64,000 bases of DNA from a virus (IMGVR_UViG_3300044613_002694:30376-94375), one strand, 5' to 3'; shown: positions 18,787 through 28,344, counted from the stretch's first letter. Notes: generated from the sequence alone by a model not told the origin. Made by a program: numbers and translations.

Positions 18787-19251
18787 ATGAAATTAATTTT
18801 ACTATTAACGATGGCTACTATGTTGATTGCTTGCTCAGATTCTGAACAAGACCGGTTGCGTAAACAGCAACAGCAATTAGCACAACAACAGCAATCATTG
18901 AATTTGCAACAACAGCAATTGGCACAACAACAAATGGCTCAACAGCAGTATCAACAACCTGCGTATGATCATCAATATCAACAACCACAATACCAACAAC
19001 CTATTGTTGTACAACAACCTGCACAAGCACCCGTTGTTGTACAACAGCCATCAAATGGTGGTTCTCATGTAACTGATATGTTAGTCGGTGGACTTGTGGG
19101 ACATGCTCTAGGTAATGCCATGAGCAATAATAACCGTTCATCATCTGGGTATTACGATAATCGACCACGTAATGTAACCAACGTGACTAAAAACATTACT
19201 ATTAATCGATCAGCCACATCAAGACCAAGTTCAGCAAGGTTACGAAAATGA
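18787..19251 (+). CDS. Q-rich lipoprotein
   Basis: Lipobox LIAC-S; long QQQ low-complexity region; GxxxG-like LVGGLVGHALG segment. Confidence 0.5.
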   Translation: MKLILLLTMATMLIACSDSEQDRLRKQQQQLAQQQQSLNLQQQQLAQQQMAQQQYQQPAYDHQYQQPQYQQPIVVQQPAQAPVVVQQPSNGGSHVTDMLVGGLVGHALGNAMSNNNRSSSGYYDNRPRNVTNVTKNITINRSATSRPSSARLRK

Positions 19252-19395
19252 TTTGGTTTGTTATCGGTAGGATTGTTATATTTGCGGCAATTGGGGTAGT
19301 ACTGGCACAGTTAGGTGTAAATTTTGGTGGAACACTACTAGTACTCCTACTATCTGCAATTGCATGTGTCATTAGTTATTTAGAAGGAGTGGAAA

Positions 19396-19566
19396 GTGCA
19401 AAACGAAACTGAAACAGTTACATTAAACTTACCTGATGAAATGTTATTCAAGTTGATGGTAATGGCACATGAAGAAGATGTTACTTTCAATCAATTTGTT
19501 AATAATATCTTGAAAGAAGAATTGGCAAAAGATGAACCATTTGCATTTCTTAATAAATCTTCTTGA
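19396..19566 (+). CDS. putative ribbon-helix-helix (CopG/Arc-like) DNA-binding protein
   Basis: GTG start after GAAGGAG; TVTLNLPDEMLFKLMVMAHEEDVTFNQFVNNILKEEL matches the RHH pattern. Confidence 0.35.
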   Translation: MQNETETVTLNLPDEMLFKLMVMAHEEDVTFNQFVNNILKEELAKDEPFAFLNKSS

Positions 19567-19590
19567 CAACCAATACAACCCTGATATAAT
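19563..19590 (+). promoter_or_regulatory. sigma70-like promoter (TTGACA-16-TATAAT)
   Basis: Read directly. Confidence 0.5.
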
Positions 19591-19623
19591 ACAATTTTTA
19601 AACACACAATAGAGAGTACTGAA

Positions 19624-19917
19624 ATGAGACCAAGCGTTAAATTCAATAAAAAAGGCCAAGCATTAGTTAAAGTCGCTTACAAACATGGTGAAGTAACTTG
19701 GGCATTAACTGGTATTAGCAATACCGGCAAGTTTGACTGGATCTTGTTTGAAAAACCTGATAACTATAATCCATATCGCGTAACCAATGATCACAAATAC
19801 ATTTTGTCTGGTAAAAAATTACGGGCACAATTGATTTCAACTGCCGCTGCGAGTCATAGCTTCATTGCATTAGATGCATTAAAAAAAGCATTAAAAACAC
19901 AACGTGCCGGAGTCTAA
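19624..19917 (+). CDS. hypothetical protein
   Basis: Track ORF. Confidence 0.45.
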   Translation: MRPSVKFNKKGQALVKVAYKHGEVTWALTGISNTGKFDWILFEKPDNYNPYRVTNDHKYILSGKKLRAQLISTAAASHSFIALDALKKALKTQRAGV

Positions 19918-19921
19918 TACC

Positions 19922-20383
19922 ATGGAATTAGCATTATTGATTTACGGTGTCAGTTTATTACCGCAGCTTTCTGCTTCACTTGGATGGCTTCTTTTTGTAT
20001 TAGTTATACCTATGATTATCTCTGGTGTAACATGGCTAGTTAACACTGATGATAGATACCTATCCGAGTCTGAAAAAGAACGTGCAAAAACTACTGTGGA
20101 TTCAGCACGAACATGGTTTAAACGATCTGTTATATGGTTTTTCATTGCGGGGGCTATGAACACTTTACTACCATCAGAAAAGACTGCATATATGATGGTT
20201 GGCGGATATGTATCGCAAACAATTGTTCAAAGCGATGCAATGGGTAGAGTTGTCAGTGAATCTAGTAAAATTTCTGGTAAAATCTTGGACATTATCAACA
20301 ATAAACTCGATGGCTATGTTGAAGAAACCGTGAAAGGTGCTGAAAAAGCAATTACTAATGACAACACTGCCACCAAGCCATAA
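19922..20383 (+). CDS. membrane protein
   Basis: Internal start MELALLIYG; two or more TM segments. Confidence 0.45.
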   Translation: MELALLIYGVSLLPQLSASLGWLLFVLVIPMIISGVTWLVNTDDRYLSESEKERAKTTVDSARTWFKRSVIWFFIAGAMNTLLPSEKTAYMMVGGYVSQTIVQSDAMGRVVSESSKISGKILDIINNKLDGYVEETVKGAEKAITNDNTATKP

Positions 20384-20393
20384 TTATTAATCA

Positions 20394-20428
20394 CATCATC
20401 CACTATTATAGTGGATGATGACTTTTTT
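20394..20428 (+). terminator. rho-independent terminator
   Basis: CATCATCCACtattataGTGGATGATG perfect hairpin followed by TTTTTT. Confidence 0.65.
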
Positions 20429-20439
20429 AAGGTATCACA

Positions 20440-20691
20440 ATGCTAACATTGTTATTTTTATTTTATGTGGTTCCTCTAACTATTTGTATAACATGCATAT
20501 TAGTAGCAACCAGAAATGAATCATTTGCAAAAGCTATAGACATGAAAGATAATAGCGATTTATCATTTGGATTGGGTATGGCTATTGCACCTTTTATTAA
20601 TATTGCTTTTTCCGGAGTTCTTCTGATAATCTTAATTGAACCGATTCTTAAGAAATCTGGTTTTTACAAACACCGTTATTATAAGGATTAA
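20440..20691 (+). CDS. small membrane protein
   Basis: Track ORF; hydrophobic. Confidence 0.4.
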   Translation: MLTLLFLFYVVPLTICITCILVATRNESFAKAIDMKDNSDLSFGLGMAIAPFINIAFSGVLLIILIEPILKKSGFYKHRYYKD

Positions 20692-20694
20692 CCA

Positions 20695-20910
20695 ATGTGT
20701 TTTTCAGAAATTGTATCACTAGGTTTTTACGCAATTCCTATAATTATTAATTTTACATTTTTTTATTTTATAAGTCGTAATGAACGATTAAAACGAAGGA
20801 TGGGTGATAATCTGGATTGTTCTATGTTCTTTTCATGTATACCAGTGGCGAACATTTGTGTTAGTATACCGTTAATATTTAATTATTTAAATTACAGGTT
20901 ATCTCGATAG
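20695..20910 (+). CDS. small membrane protein
   Basis: Track ORF; hydrophobic. Confidence 0.4.
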   Translation: MCFSEIVSLGFYAIPIIINFTFFYFISRNERLKRRMGDNLDCSMFFSCIPVANICVSIPLIFNYLNYRLSR

Positions 20911-21122
20911 TGAGTTACTCAGTAAACTTACGATTTAAAACGTATCGGCATTGGAATACTTTCAAAGAATGGTGTGAATCTACCTATCATCAACATACGA
21001 ATTATGCTATCTATCTTCAACATATGCATGAAGATTTGATTGAATCGGTTAATATTAATAATTCACCAGAAATAACATTTAAATCAGAAGCACACTACCA
21101 TTGGTTTTTATTACAACAATAG
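20910..21122 (+). CDS. family A small paralog (...FKSEAHYHWFLLQQ)
   Basis: Track ORF; motif. Confidence 0.55.
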   Translation: MSYSVNLRFKTYRHWNTFKEWCESTYHQHTNYAIYLQHMHEDLIESVNINNSPEITFKSEAHYHWFLLQQ

Positions 21123-21131
21123 CGATATAAT

Positions 21132-21491
21132 ATGAAAAAAGAAATTCTAGCTAAAAGCATTGAAGTATATGATCTAATTGAATCTGGTAATACCATAGAA
21201 CATGTTATTTCAAAATTATCTGATTTACAAAATGACTATTATATGTTCACTCGTCTAGCGTTTGAAAAAGAATATCCTGGATATGATGGTGGTTATTGTC
21301 TCAGTTTAAATTGTTATCGCATGGAAACAGATCAAGAAGAACAAGAACGTGAAGAAAGAGAACGTGCAATTATTGAAAAGTCCGAACGAAAAAAACTTGC
21401 ACTATTAGAAAAAAAGTTTGCTAAAAAAGCTGCTGAAGATGCATATGACCGAGCTGAACTTACACGTTTAAAAGCAAAATACGGCGATTAA
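21132..21491 (+). CDS. hypothetical protein (charged coiled-coil C-terminus)
   Basis: Track ORF. Confidence 0.45.
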   Translation: MKKEILAKSIEVYDLIESGNTIEHVISKLSDLQNDYYMFTRLAFEKEYPGYDGGYCLSLNCYRMETDQEEQEREERERAIIEKSERKKLALLEKKFAKKAAEDAYDRAELTRLKAKYGD

Positions 21492-21506
21492 CAATAACTA
21501 AAAAAG

Positions 21507-21788
21507 GTGAATAAAATGTTTATGAGAATAGTAAAATTTAATGATGGTACTTTTGGTATTCGTAAATTGACTTTTTGTGGGTTTGCATTTTGTGATTTTA
21601 GATCTAATTTTGCAGGGCAGTATTGGTGGACTTATGGTTTACCAGGGTCAAAATACTTATATGATGGATCATGTAGAACTACTGAAGAAACTGCTAAAGA
21701 AGTTTTTTGTAGATTATCTAAATTATCTAAACCTAAACCTAACGTGAAAGATAATGGTACAGCAATCAATTATACTTGCCAGGATTAA
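21507..21788 (+). CDS. hypothetical protein
   Basis: Track ORF. Confidence 0.4.
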   Translation: MNKMFMRIVKFNDGTFGIRKLTFCGFAFCDFRSNFAGQYWWTYGLPGSKYLYDGSCRTTEETAKEVFCRLSKLSKPKPNVKDNGTAINYTCQD

Positions 21789-21791
21789 CTA

Positions 21792-22112
21792 ATGAAACAA
21801 TTGTATATAAAGCTTTCAATGTTACTACCGATGAAATGGCAGAAAACATTGCGTAGAATTGAATACGCTATTAAAGATTACGAACGTGCAAATTATGTAA
21901 TATATCGTAAAGATGATGAATATCTGTACAGTAAAGGTAATGGATTTGTTAAACCTGTAATAACCAACTACACTTCATTTGAAGTATACGATAGCCTTGA
22001 ACAAGTCGATGTTGATCAAGCAATGTTAAAACAACAAGGGTATGAAACTGGTGTTTATGCGATAAGTTGTGTTCAAACCAATCAAGCTCACTTTATGATG
22101 TTTTTAGGTTGA
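21792..22112 (+). CDS. hypothetical protein
   Basis: Track ORF. Confidence 0.4.
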   Translation: MKQLYIKLSMLLPMKWQKTLRRIEYAIKDYERANYVIYRKDDEYLYSKGNGFVKPVITNYTSFEVYDSLEQVDVDQAMLKQQGYETGVYAISCVQTNQAHFMMFLG

Positions 22113-22136
22113 CAAATCGGTTTAAACTGATAAGAT
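22109..22136 (+). promoter_or_regulatory. sigma70-like promoter (TTGACA-16-TAAGAT)
   Basis: Read directly; followed by an AACACAACACAGCGAGACA leader. Confidence 0.45.
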
Positions 22137-22171
22137 ACACCCATCTTAAACACAACACAGCGAGACACCTC

Positions 22172-22687
22172 ATGATTAAATATAGAGTACGGGATTACCC
22201 TAAATGGTATTTAAATGACAACGTACATCGAGAAGATGGCCCTGAATGTGCAGAGGGCTATAAAGAATGGTGGTTAAATGGCAAGGCATACACAGAACAA
22301 GAATTTATCCAAATAACCCAAGGTAAAGAGTTATCAGTAGCTGAAATTGAACAATTACTTGGTTATAAAATTAAGGTGGTAAAAATGATCGAATACACAG
22401 TACAAGTTTACGAAGATAGAACTGCATGGTTTTTAAATGGCAAATTACATCGAGAAGATGGACCAGCTGTTGAATGGTCAAATGGTGAAAAACAATGGTA
22501 TTTAAATGGTCAAATTCATCGAGAAGATGGTCCAGCTGTTGAATATCCCAGTGGTAATAAAGCATGGTATTTAAATGGCAAGAAATTTACAGAACAAGAA
22601 TTTAACCAAATGACCCAAAGCAAAGAGCTATCAGTAGCTGATATTGAACAATTACTTGGTTATAAAGTTAAAATTGTTGACAAATAA
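22172..22687 (+). CDS. MORN-variant repeat protein (internally duplicated; paralog of 8361-8732)
   Basis: WYLNGKLHREDGPAVEW repeats; C-terminus LSVAEIEQLLGYKVKIVDK identical to 8361-8732. Confidence 0.55.
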   Translation: MIKYRVRDYPKWYLNDNVHREDGPECAEGYKEWWLNGKAYTEQEFIQITQGKELSVAEIEQLLGYKIKVVKMIEYTVQVYEDRTAWFLNGKLHREDGPAVEWSNGEKQWYLNGQIHREDGPAVEYPSGNKAWYLNGKKFTEQEFNQMTQSKELSVADIEQLLGYKVKIVDK

Positions 22688-22704
22688 CAATAAACTGTTA
22701 TAAT
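22676..22704 (+). promoter_or_regulatory. sigma70-like promoter (TTGACA-17-TATAAT gcac)
   Basis: Read directly. Confidence 0.5.
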
Positions 22705-22752
22705 GCACTAATAAAGATAGACTTTATTAAATTTAACTATAGGAGTTATAGT

Positions 22753-23775
22753 ATGAACAAAAAATATGACAATGCAGTAGTAATCATGCGTGGGCAACCA
22801 CTTCACAACGCTCATTTAGAACTAATCAATAGAGCAGCAGAATTGGCAAAAAATGTCATTATCTTGCTTGGCTCATCAAAACAACCAAGAACATTTAAGA
22901 ATCCATTTACATTCAGTGAACGTTGTGGAATGATCTTACGTTCAATTAAAATCGAACCAGCCGTTCAGGTTTATATCGAACCATTAGTGGATATTCCTTA
23001 TAATGATCAGGTTTGGGTTTTAAACGTTCAGGATATTGTTGCCGAATGTACGCATGGTAATAGTATTTGCTTACTCGGTCATAATAAAGACAGTAGCACT
23101 GGTTATTTAAAAATGTTTCCACAATGGTCATTTGAAGATTTTGACAATGTTGCAAATCAATTAAATGCTACTGATATCCGCGATCTTTACTTTAAGCGTC
23201 CATATAATCAGGATTATATCAAAGGTGTAGTTCCAGATAATGTATTAGAGTTTTTAAATGAATTCCATGATACACCAGATTACAATGATATTCTCGAAGA
23301 AAAAGAATTTATTGAAAAATATAAACAGCAATTTGCTGGATTGCAATATGCACCAGTGTTCGTGACGGTTGATTGTTTGATCATCCAATCTGGGCATGTT
23401 CTCATGATTAAACGAAGATCGAATCCTGGTAAAAATTTAATGGCCCTTCCTGGTGGCTACCTTAATGCCGGGACTGATCGTTCACTATTAGATGCTGCTA
23501 TACGTGAACTCAAAGAAGAAACCGGTATCAAAGTTCCTGAACCTGTATTACGCGGTAGCATTATTCAAAGTAAGGTATTTGATGCAATAGATCGAGATCC
23601 ACGTGGGCGTGTGATCACCCATGCCTTCCATATTGAGCTACCAGCTGGACCGTTGCCGAAAGTAAAAGGAATGGATGATGCGCTAAAAGCAAAATGGGTG
23701 CCGTTGTCTGAAATTACCAGTGAAAACTGTTATAGTGATCATGCAGAAATCATTAAAGTATTAGTTGGTATTTAA
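22753..23775 (+). CDS. natV: bifunctional NMN adenylyltransferase / Nudix hydrolase (NadM-Nudix, phage NatV-like)
   Basis: N-terminal nucleotidyltransferase HxGH-type motif (GQPLHNAHL); C-terminal Nudix box-like REL(K)EETGI. Confidence 0.7.
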   Translation: MNKKYDNAVVIMRGQPLHNAHLELINRAAELAKNVIILLGSSKQPRTFKNPFTFSERCGMILRSIKIEPAVQVYIEPLVDIPYNDQVWVLNVQDIVAECTHGNSICLLGHNKDSSTGYLKMFPQWSFEDFDNVANQLNATDIRDLYFKRPYNQDYIKGVVPDNVLEFLNEFHDTPDYNDILEEKEFIEKYKQQFAGLQYAPVFVTVDCLIIQSGHVLMIKRRSNPGKNLMALPGGYLNAGTDRSLLDAAIRELKEETGIKVPEPVLRGSIIQSKVFDAIDRDPRGRVITHAFHIELPAGPLPKVKGMDDALKAKWVPLSEITSENCYSDHAEIIKVLVGI

Positions 23776-24534
23776 TTAACAAAATTTCTTGCAATTTTCA
23801 CCGTGCCATCTTTTATATAAACCTATGCCCTTGCCTGTTTTACCACAGTAAGGGCATTCCCAAGGTTGCTGAAAATGATGGGTACCGTCCTTTACTTTTT
23901 TTCTACTCGGATTATTATCTCCTTGGAAATTGTGCGTTCCTGCTTTTATACGTCTATGAGTAATTTCACGAGAAATCACACCACCAATAAAATGGTGTAA
24001 TCCATCTTGTACTCGTTTATTAGCTGCAATTCGTGCAATTTCTCCACCTATAAAATGATGTGTACCATTTTCAACACGCTCTTTTTGTTGTTTTCGCTGA
24101 AAATCACCGCCAACCCAGTTATGAGTGCCATTCTTAATTCTTTGTTGATTAGATCTTCTACTGATTTCACCACCGAGAAAGTGGTGTTTTCCTTCAGCTA
24201 CTAATTTACGAGCAATATTTTTAGCATCTTCTGATGTATTGCCATCACTTCCTTTTTTATAATTCATGCAATCTGGGTTTTCAAAATGAATTCCTATATA
24301 ATATTCTTCAAGTCTGCAAAGTTCTTCAATTGAAGATGCTTCTGCTATAATTTCCCTAGATAACACCGATTTATCTTTTATACTTTTAACCCAGTTTCCG
24401 CTACCTAAATAGCCATCATTTATATTTTGTGTTGTATGGCGGCCAATATAAAATTTTCCGTTAACGTGTGATGTTTTATATACTAAATACATTGCTGATG
24501 TCCTCCCAGACGTTAGAGTAGTTAGGAACTCCAA
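23776..24534 (-). CDS. GIY-YIG homing endonuclease (Seg-like) with repeated DNA-binding modules
   Basis: N-terminal YLVYK...GKFYIGRHTT...YLGSG GIY-YIG core; repeated GTHHF(I/Q)GG modules. Confidence 0.65.
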   Translation of the reverse strand: MEFLTTLTSGRTSAMYLVYKTSHVNGKFYIGRHTTQNINDGYLGSGNWVKSIKDKSVLSREIIAEASSIEELCRLEEYYIGIHFENPDCMNYKKGSDGNTSEDAKNIARKLVAEGKHHFLGGEISRRSNQQRIKNGTHNWVGGDFQRKQQKERVENGTHHFIGGEIARIAANKRVQDGLHHFIGGVISREITHRRIKAGTHNFQGDNNPSRKKVKDGTHHFQQPWECPYCGKTGKGIGLYKRWHGENCKKFC

Positions 24535-24632
24535 TTCCGTGAACTACATTCTTATTTATCCATTTCTTCTTGACATTATCATATTCATCTGCTATTATAC
24601 TATTTTAATTCAACATTTTTTAGGAAACTAAT

Positions 24633-24857
24633 ATGCTACGAGCGGATGCTGAAAGAGTATTAACCGCCAATGGTTATAAAATTGAAACATTTCATAATAA
24701 ACGCCATGATAGATGGACTGCTTGTTTAATTTCACCAACTGGGAAATACGATTTACAAACACCTACTGCATCTGGTATTTCAGAACATGCAGCAGTTGTA
24801 AATCTATTCTGTTATTGGACTGGATATACTAAAATCAGAGAGCATTATGCGAATTAA
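24633..24857 (+). CDS. hypothetical protein
   Basis: Track ORF. Confidence 0.4.
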   Translation: MLRADAERVLTANGYKIETFHNKRHDRWTACLISPTGKYDLQTPTASGISEHAAVVNLFCYWTGYTKIREHYAN

Positions 24858-25143
24858 ATTTAAACACACAGTGGTTAATGATAATGGCGATACTATTACT
24901 GAAGGATTTGGGCGTGTTATAGAAATTTCTGACTACGATACTTCAACTATTAGAGTAATGGAGCTAATTCGAAAACAAGCTAAATTGCAGAATTGGGCTG
25001 GAGTTGCTGGTATTAAAGAATTCTGCAAAACTGAATATAATGCTACTATTAATTTTAGCACTAAAACAAACCATTGGACTAGTATAACATTTAAAGATCA
25101 AGAACATTTTAAACAATTTATTGAACAGGTGAACCATGCTTAA
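24847..25143 (+). CDS. family A-like small protein (divergent, ...ITFKDQEHFKQFIEQ)
   Basis: Partial motif. Confidence 0.35.
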   Translation: MRIKFKHTVVNDNGDTITEGFGRVIEISDYDTSTIRVMELIRKQAKLQNWAGVAGIKEFCKTEYNATINFSTKTNHWTSITFKDQEHFKQFIEQVNHA

Positions 25144-25408
25144 AGAAATTGGGTTTGTTCCTAAATCATTTGAACGAAAATATCGTGCAGTTATTACTGA
25201 TGGTGGGAATTTATCAGATATGAAACAATTCTGTAATCGATTTGATAGTGTTGTATACCATCGAACAAGACAAAATTATCATAATAGATTCGCACAACCA
25301 TTTAAGGAAATTAAAAGTTTTGATGTGTTTTATTTTAAAGAAGCCAAATACCAAGAATGGTTTATATTGGCATTTAGCGAATATATTATTCAATGGGAGT
25401 GGGATTAA
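25136..25408 (+). CDS. family A small paralog (...KYQEWFILAFSEYI)
   Basis: Motif. Confidence 0.5.
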   Translation: MLKEIGFVPKSFERKYRAVITDGGNLSDMKQFCNRFDSVVYHRTRQNYHNRFAQPFKEIKSFDVFYFKEAKYQEWFILAFSEYIIQWEWD

Positions 25409-25599
25409 TGGTTAGAGTAATTTCAACACAACCACATCCTAGTGTGGTTAAAGAAATCATTTGCAAACATTGCGGGGCAGTGTTAGAATATGTGCCAGCA
25501 GACATACAAACAAGAAAAGAACAGGATTATACTGGTGGAACAGATACTATACATTTTATTGTGTGTCCTCCTTGTGGACATAAAATTACAGTTAAGTGA
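25393..25599 (+). CDS. small zinc-ribbon protein (CxxC...CxxC)
   Basis: CKHCGAV...CPPCGH. Confidence 0.4.
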   Translation: MGVGLMVRVISTQPHPSVVKEIICKHCGAVLEYVPADIQTRKEQDYTGGTDTIHFIVCPPCGHKITVK

Positions 25600-25972
25600 A
25601 ATGAATTGGACTAGAATCTTTGCTAGAGCATTCGATCATTTAATGGGCGAAACTGACCACGATGAACCAACTGTTCCAATCTTATCACAACGTGAAGCTA
25701 ATATTAGTCTAGTATTAAGGACTTGCTGGGTTATGCTACACGTTATAACTTGTCTATTTGTAATAGCATCTAACATACATCATTGGTAATAACATGAATA
25801 GAGAAAAAATAAACAAAGAAGTAAATGAATGGGACAACATACGCCCTACTAAACAATCATCAGTGACTGAACATGAAAGTAATAAAGATATTACTCATGA
25901 AAAAGTACAAAATTTAATTCAAATGGGTAATGAATTATTAGCTAAAACTCTGAAATATTTGAAGGCCGACTA

Positions 25973-26263
25973 ATGAAAATTGATGAAGTTGTTATTCGGC
26001 CAGAACGAAAAACATGGGAGTTAATGCAGAATGATGCACTTGTCTCACCGATATATAATGCATACAATGAATTTTCAAGAAAGACTGCTAAATTTACTAT
26101 TGGTGCAAATACAATATTTGATGAGTATGCACTCACTGACCTTATTGTGAATTATCAAACTTATAAAAATGCACTACTAGAAGTGTTTAATGAAAAAGAT
26201 CAAGTAATTAAAATAATTGATAGGATTATTAGTTATTTGGAATATGGTGAACTAGATGAGTGA
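25973..26263 (+). CDS. hypothetical protein
   Basis: Track ORF. Confidence 0.4.
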   Translation: MKIDEVVIRPERKTWELMQNDALVSPIYNAYNEFSRKTAKFTIGANTIFDEYALTDLIVNYQTYKNALLEVFNEKDQVIKIIDRIISYLEYGELDE

Positions 26264-26573
26264 ACAACTATCAGTAAATGAAGCATGGGCTTTTTTAAAA
26301 GAAGTCACTAAAAGAGGAACCAATTCTTTATCAAAAGAAGAATTGGTCAAATACCATGAATGTCGTAAAATTACACTTAATGCAAGAAAACCACCATCGG
26401 TTCATACCAGACATCAAGTAGTTGATCATGAAACGTTTGGTGGTACAACTTATAGAATTACCAAGGAATTGGATATCACTATTACCGATATTTGTGATAT
26501 GAGTGACGATGATATCTTGCAACTGATTGATGTAAAATCAACATTGGCTTATATTAGATCTACTTTGATATGA
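26256..26573 (+). CDS. hypothetical protein
   Basis: Track ORF. Confidence 0.4.
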   Translation: MSEQLSVNEAWAFLKEVTKRGTNSLSKEELVKYHECRKITLNARKPPSVHTRHQVVDHETFGGTTYRITKELDITITDICDMSDDDILQLIDVKSTLAYIRSTLI

Positions 26574-26782
26574 TCATAGAAATTTTCGATGCAGGGATTG
26601 CGTTTAAATTTAAATTCGGTGCTGACGTTCTTCGTACTCATGATGAAATACGAAACACAAATCAACAAGAAATGGAGCTATGGTGTAAAGACCAATTTGG
26701 TAGCCAATTTACATCACGGTATAATCATTTTTACTTTGCCAACGAAGAACAACGTAATTGGTTTATTTTGAGGTGGTCATGA
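26570..26782 (+). CDS. family A small paralog (...EEQRNWFILRWS)
   Basis: Motif; ATGA overlap. Confidence 0.55.
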   Translation: MIIEIFDAGIAFKFKFGADVLRTHDEIRNTNQQEMELWCKDQFGSQFTSRYNHFYFANEEQRNWFILRWS

Positions 26783-26982
26783 GTGTTCTATATTTAAAAG
26801 GAGATACAGTAAACAAAAACATTACACAACTGTTTTGTAAAGCCGGTCCTCAACACCTATGGTATGATTTTGTTAAAAGTTTAGATCCAAATATCATTAA
26901 AGTTGAGTGCGTGAAAGGATTCACTCGGATTACCTTTAAGAGTGATGAACATAAGACTTGGTTTATTTTGAGGTGGTCATGA
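26758..26982 (+). CDS. family A small paralog (...SDEHKTWFILRWS)
   Basis: Motif; near-identical tandem duplicate of the next gene. Confidence 0.6.
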   Translation: MVYFEVVMSVLYLKGDTVNKNITQLFCKAGPQHLWYDFVKSLDPNIIKVECVKGFTRITFKSDEHKTWFILRWS

Positions 26983-27185
26983 GTGATCTAGATTTAAAAG
27001 AGGGCAGTACAGTAGGTCATAACATTACACTACTGTATTTGAAAACCGAGACTCACCAACGATGGCTTAATTTTGTTAAAAGTTTAGATCCAAATATCAT
27101 TAAAGTTGAGGGTGTGGATGGCATTACTCGGATTACCTTCAAGAGTGATGAACATAAGACTTGGTTTATTTTGAGGTGGTCATGA
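26958..27185 (+). CDS. family A small paralog (...SDEHKTWFILRWS)
   Basis: Recent duplicate of 26758-26982. Confidence 0.6.
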   Translation: MVYFEVVMSDLDLKEGSTVGHNITLLYLKTETHQRWLNFVKSLDPNIIKVEGVDGITRITFKSDEHKTWFILRWS

Positions 27186-27430
27186 AATTATATTTAGAAT
27201 ACGATGAATTTTTAGAAAGTCAACCAAGCTGGTGGCAGAATTTCATCAAAGATGTTGATACTCGGTTAAAATTAGAACCAGGCAAATTTTCAGAAGGTCG
27301 TTCTATCATCATAAAAAAAGAACTAAAATTAGCAGGTGCTGTTAAGGTGGATGATAAAGAATGCGAAGAATCATATTTAGAATTTTTTGATGATTCAAAA
27401 GCAACCTGGTTTATGTTGAAATACTCATGA
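27161..27430 (+). CDS. family A small paralog (...SKATWFMLKYS)
   Basis: Motif. Confidence 0.5.
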   Translation: MVYFEVVMKLYLEYDEFLESQPSWWQNFIKDVDTRLKLEPGKFSEGRSIIIKKELKLAGAVKVDDKECEESYLEFFDDSKATWFMLKYS

Positions 27431-27666
27431 AATTAACAACTATCAATACCAGTGATTTCGATTTTGTTCATGATTGTCCATATGGCTTGGAATTTATTTT
27501 AGCTGACATTATGACAATATCAGTAATGCGGGTCTGGTGTAAGAAAAATTTCCGTACCTATAATTATTATTGGGAATGGTCCCCTGCTGGAACTGTGAGA
27601 ACGTTTTGCTTTAGTTCAGAAGAAAACCGATCCTGGTTTATACTTAAATTTTCGGAGTACCTATGA
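27427..27666 (+). CDS. family A small paralog (...ENRSWFILKFSEYL)
   Basis: Motif. Confidence 0.55.
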   Translation: MKLTTINTSDFDFVHDCPYGLEFILADIMTISVMRVWCKKNFRTYNYYWEWSPAGTVRTFCFSSEENRSWFILKFSEYL

Positions 27667-27902
27667 ATGCGGTTATTGATAATATATTGGATCATGCACA
27701 TTGTAAATTCCCTGTAAAAATAAAAGACGATTACGGTATATTTTCAGAAATAATTTCAGAAATGACCCAATGGTGCAGAGACCATATTGGTACATATTAC
27801 TTTACGTGGGATTGGGTAGTATATCGTGGTGTAAAAATGTTTTATTTTGAAAAAGAACATCACCGAACCTGGTTTATCATTAGATTTTCGGAGTACTTAT
27901 GA
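27663..27902 (+). CDS. family A small paralog (...HHRTWFIIRFSEYL)
   Basis: Motif. Confidence 0.55.
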   Translation: MNAVIDNILDHAHCKFPVKIKDDYGIFSEIISEMTQWCRDHIGTYYFTWDWVVYRGVKMFYFEKEHHRTWFIIRFSEYL

Positions 27903-28099
27903 GCGATGGTTATAACGATCCATTCCCATGGAAAGTACAGTTTAAGCCAAGCCGATATTTTCCAAAATATTATAATGAAATGGCAGATTTTTGTAATAAA
28001 ATGACAGATCATTGGGGAAGTGTAGAGTATACGTTTATGTTTGCATACGAAGAACATATGAACTGGTTTATACTTAATTTTTCGGAGTACTTGGAATGA
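27899..28099 (+). CDS. family A small paralog (...EHMNWFILNFSEYLE)
   Basis: Motif. Confidence 0.55.
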   Translation: MSDGYNDPFPWKVQFKPSRYFPKYYNEMADFCNKMTDHWGSVEYTFMFAYEEHMNWFILNFSEYLE

Positions 28100-28344
28100 G
28101 TTTTTACATAGCAACCATACCATTTAAAGAATGGATAACTGATCCTATGCAACGCCCAATCGTTTACGTAAGTATGATTGAATGGTGCAAGGAAAATATA
28201 GAACCAAGACATCAACCAGAATCACCACACTACTGGTTCCCTAGAGCATTTCGTGGTAGAACTGGTGTGTATAAATTTCATTTTAGAGATGAACAAGACT
28301 ACAATAACTTTGTTCAACATTTTAAGTTAACAGGTGTGATATGA
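28096..28344 (+). CDS. family A-like small protein (divergent)
   Basis: Position in the array; weak motif. Confidence 0.35.
   Translation: MSFYIATIPFKEWITDPMQRPIVYVSMIEWCKENIEPRHQPESPHYWFPRAFRGRTGVYKFHFRDEQDYNNFVQHFKLTGVI

Noticed and set aside
25490-25789. 99-aa ORF overlapping the zinc-ribbon gene and intergenic region
   Set aside because: It overlaps 25393-25599 in another frame and has no RBS. Its hydrophobic composition is typical of AT-rich frame artefacts. Kept out of the feature list.
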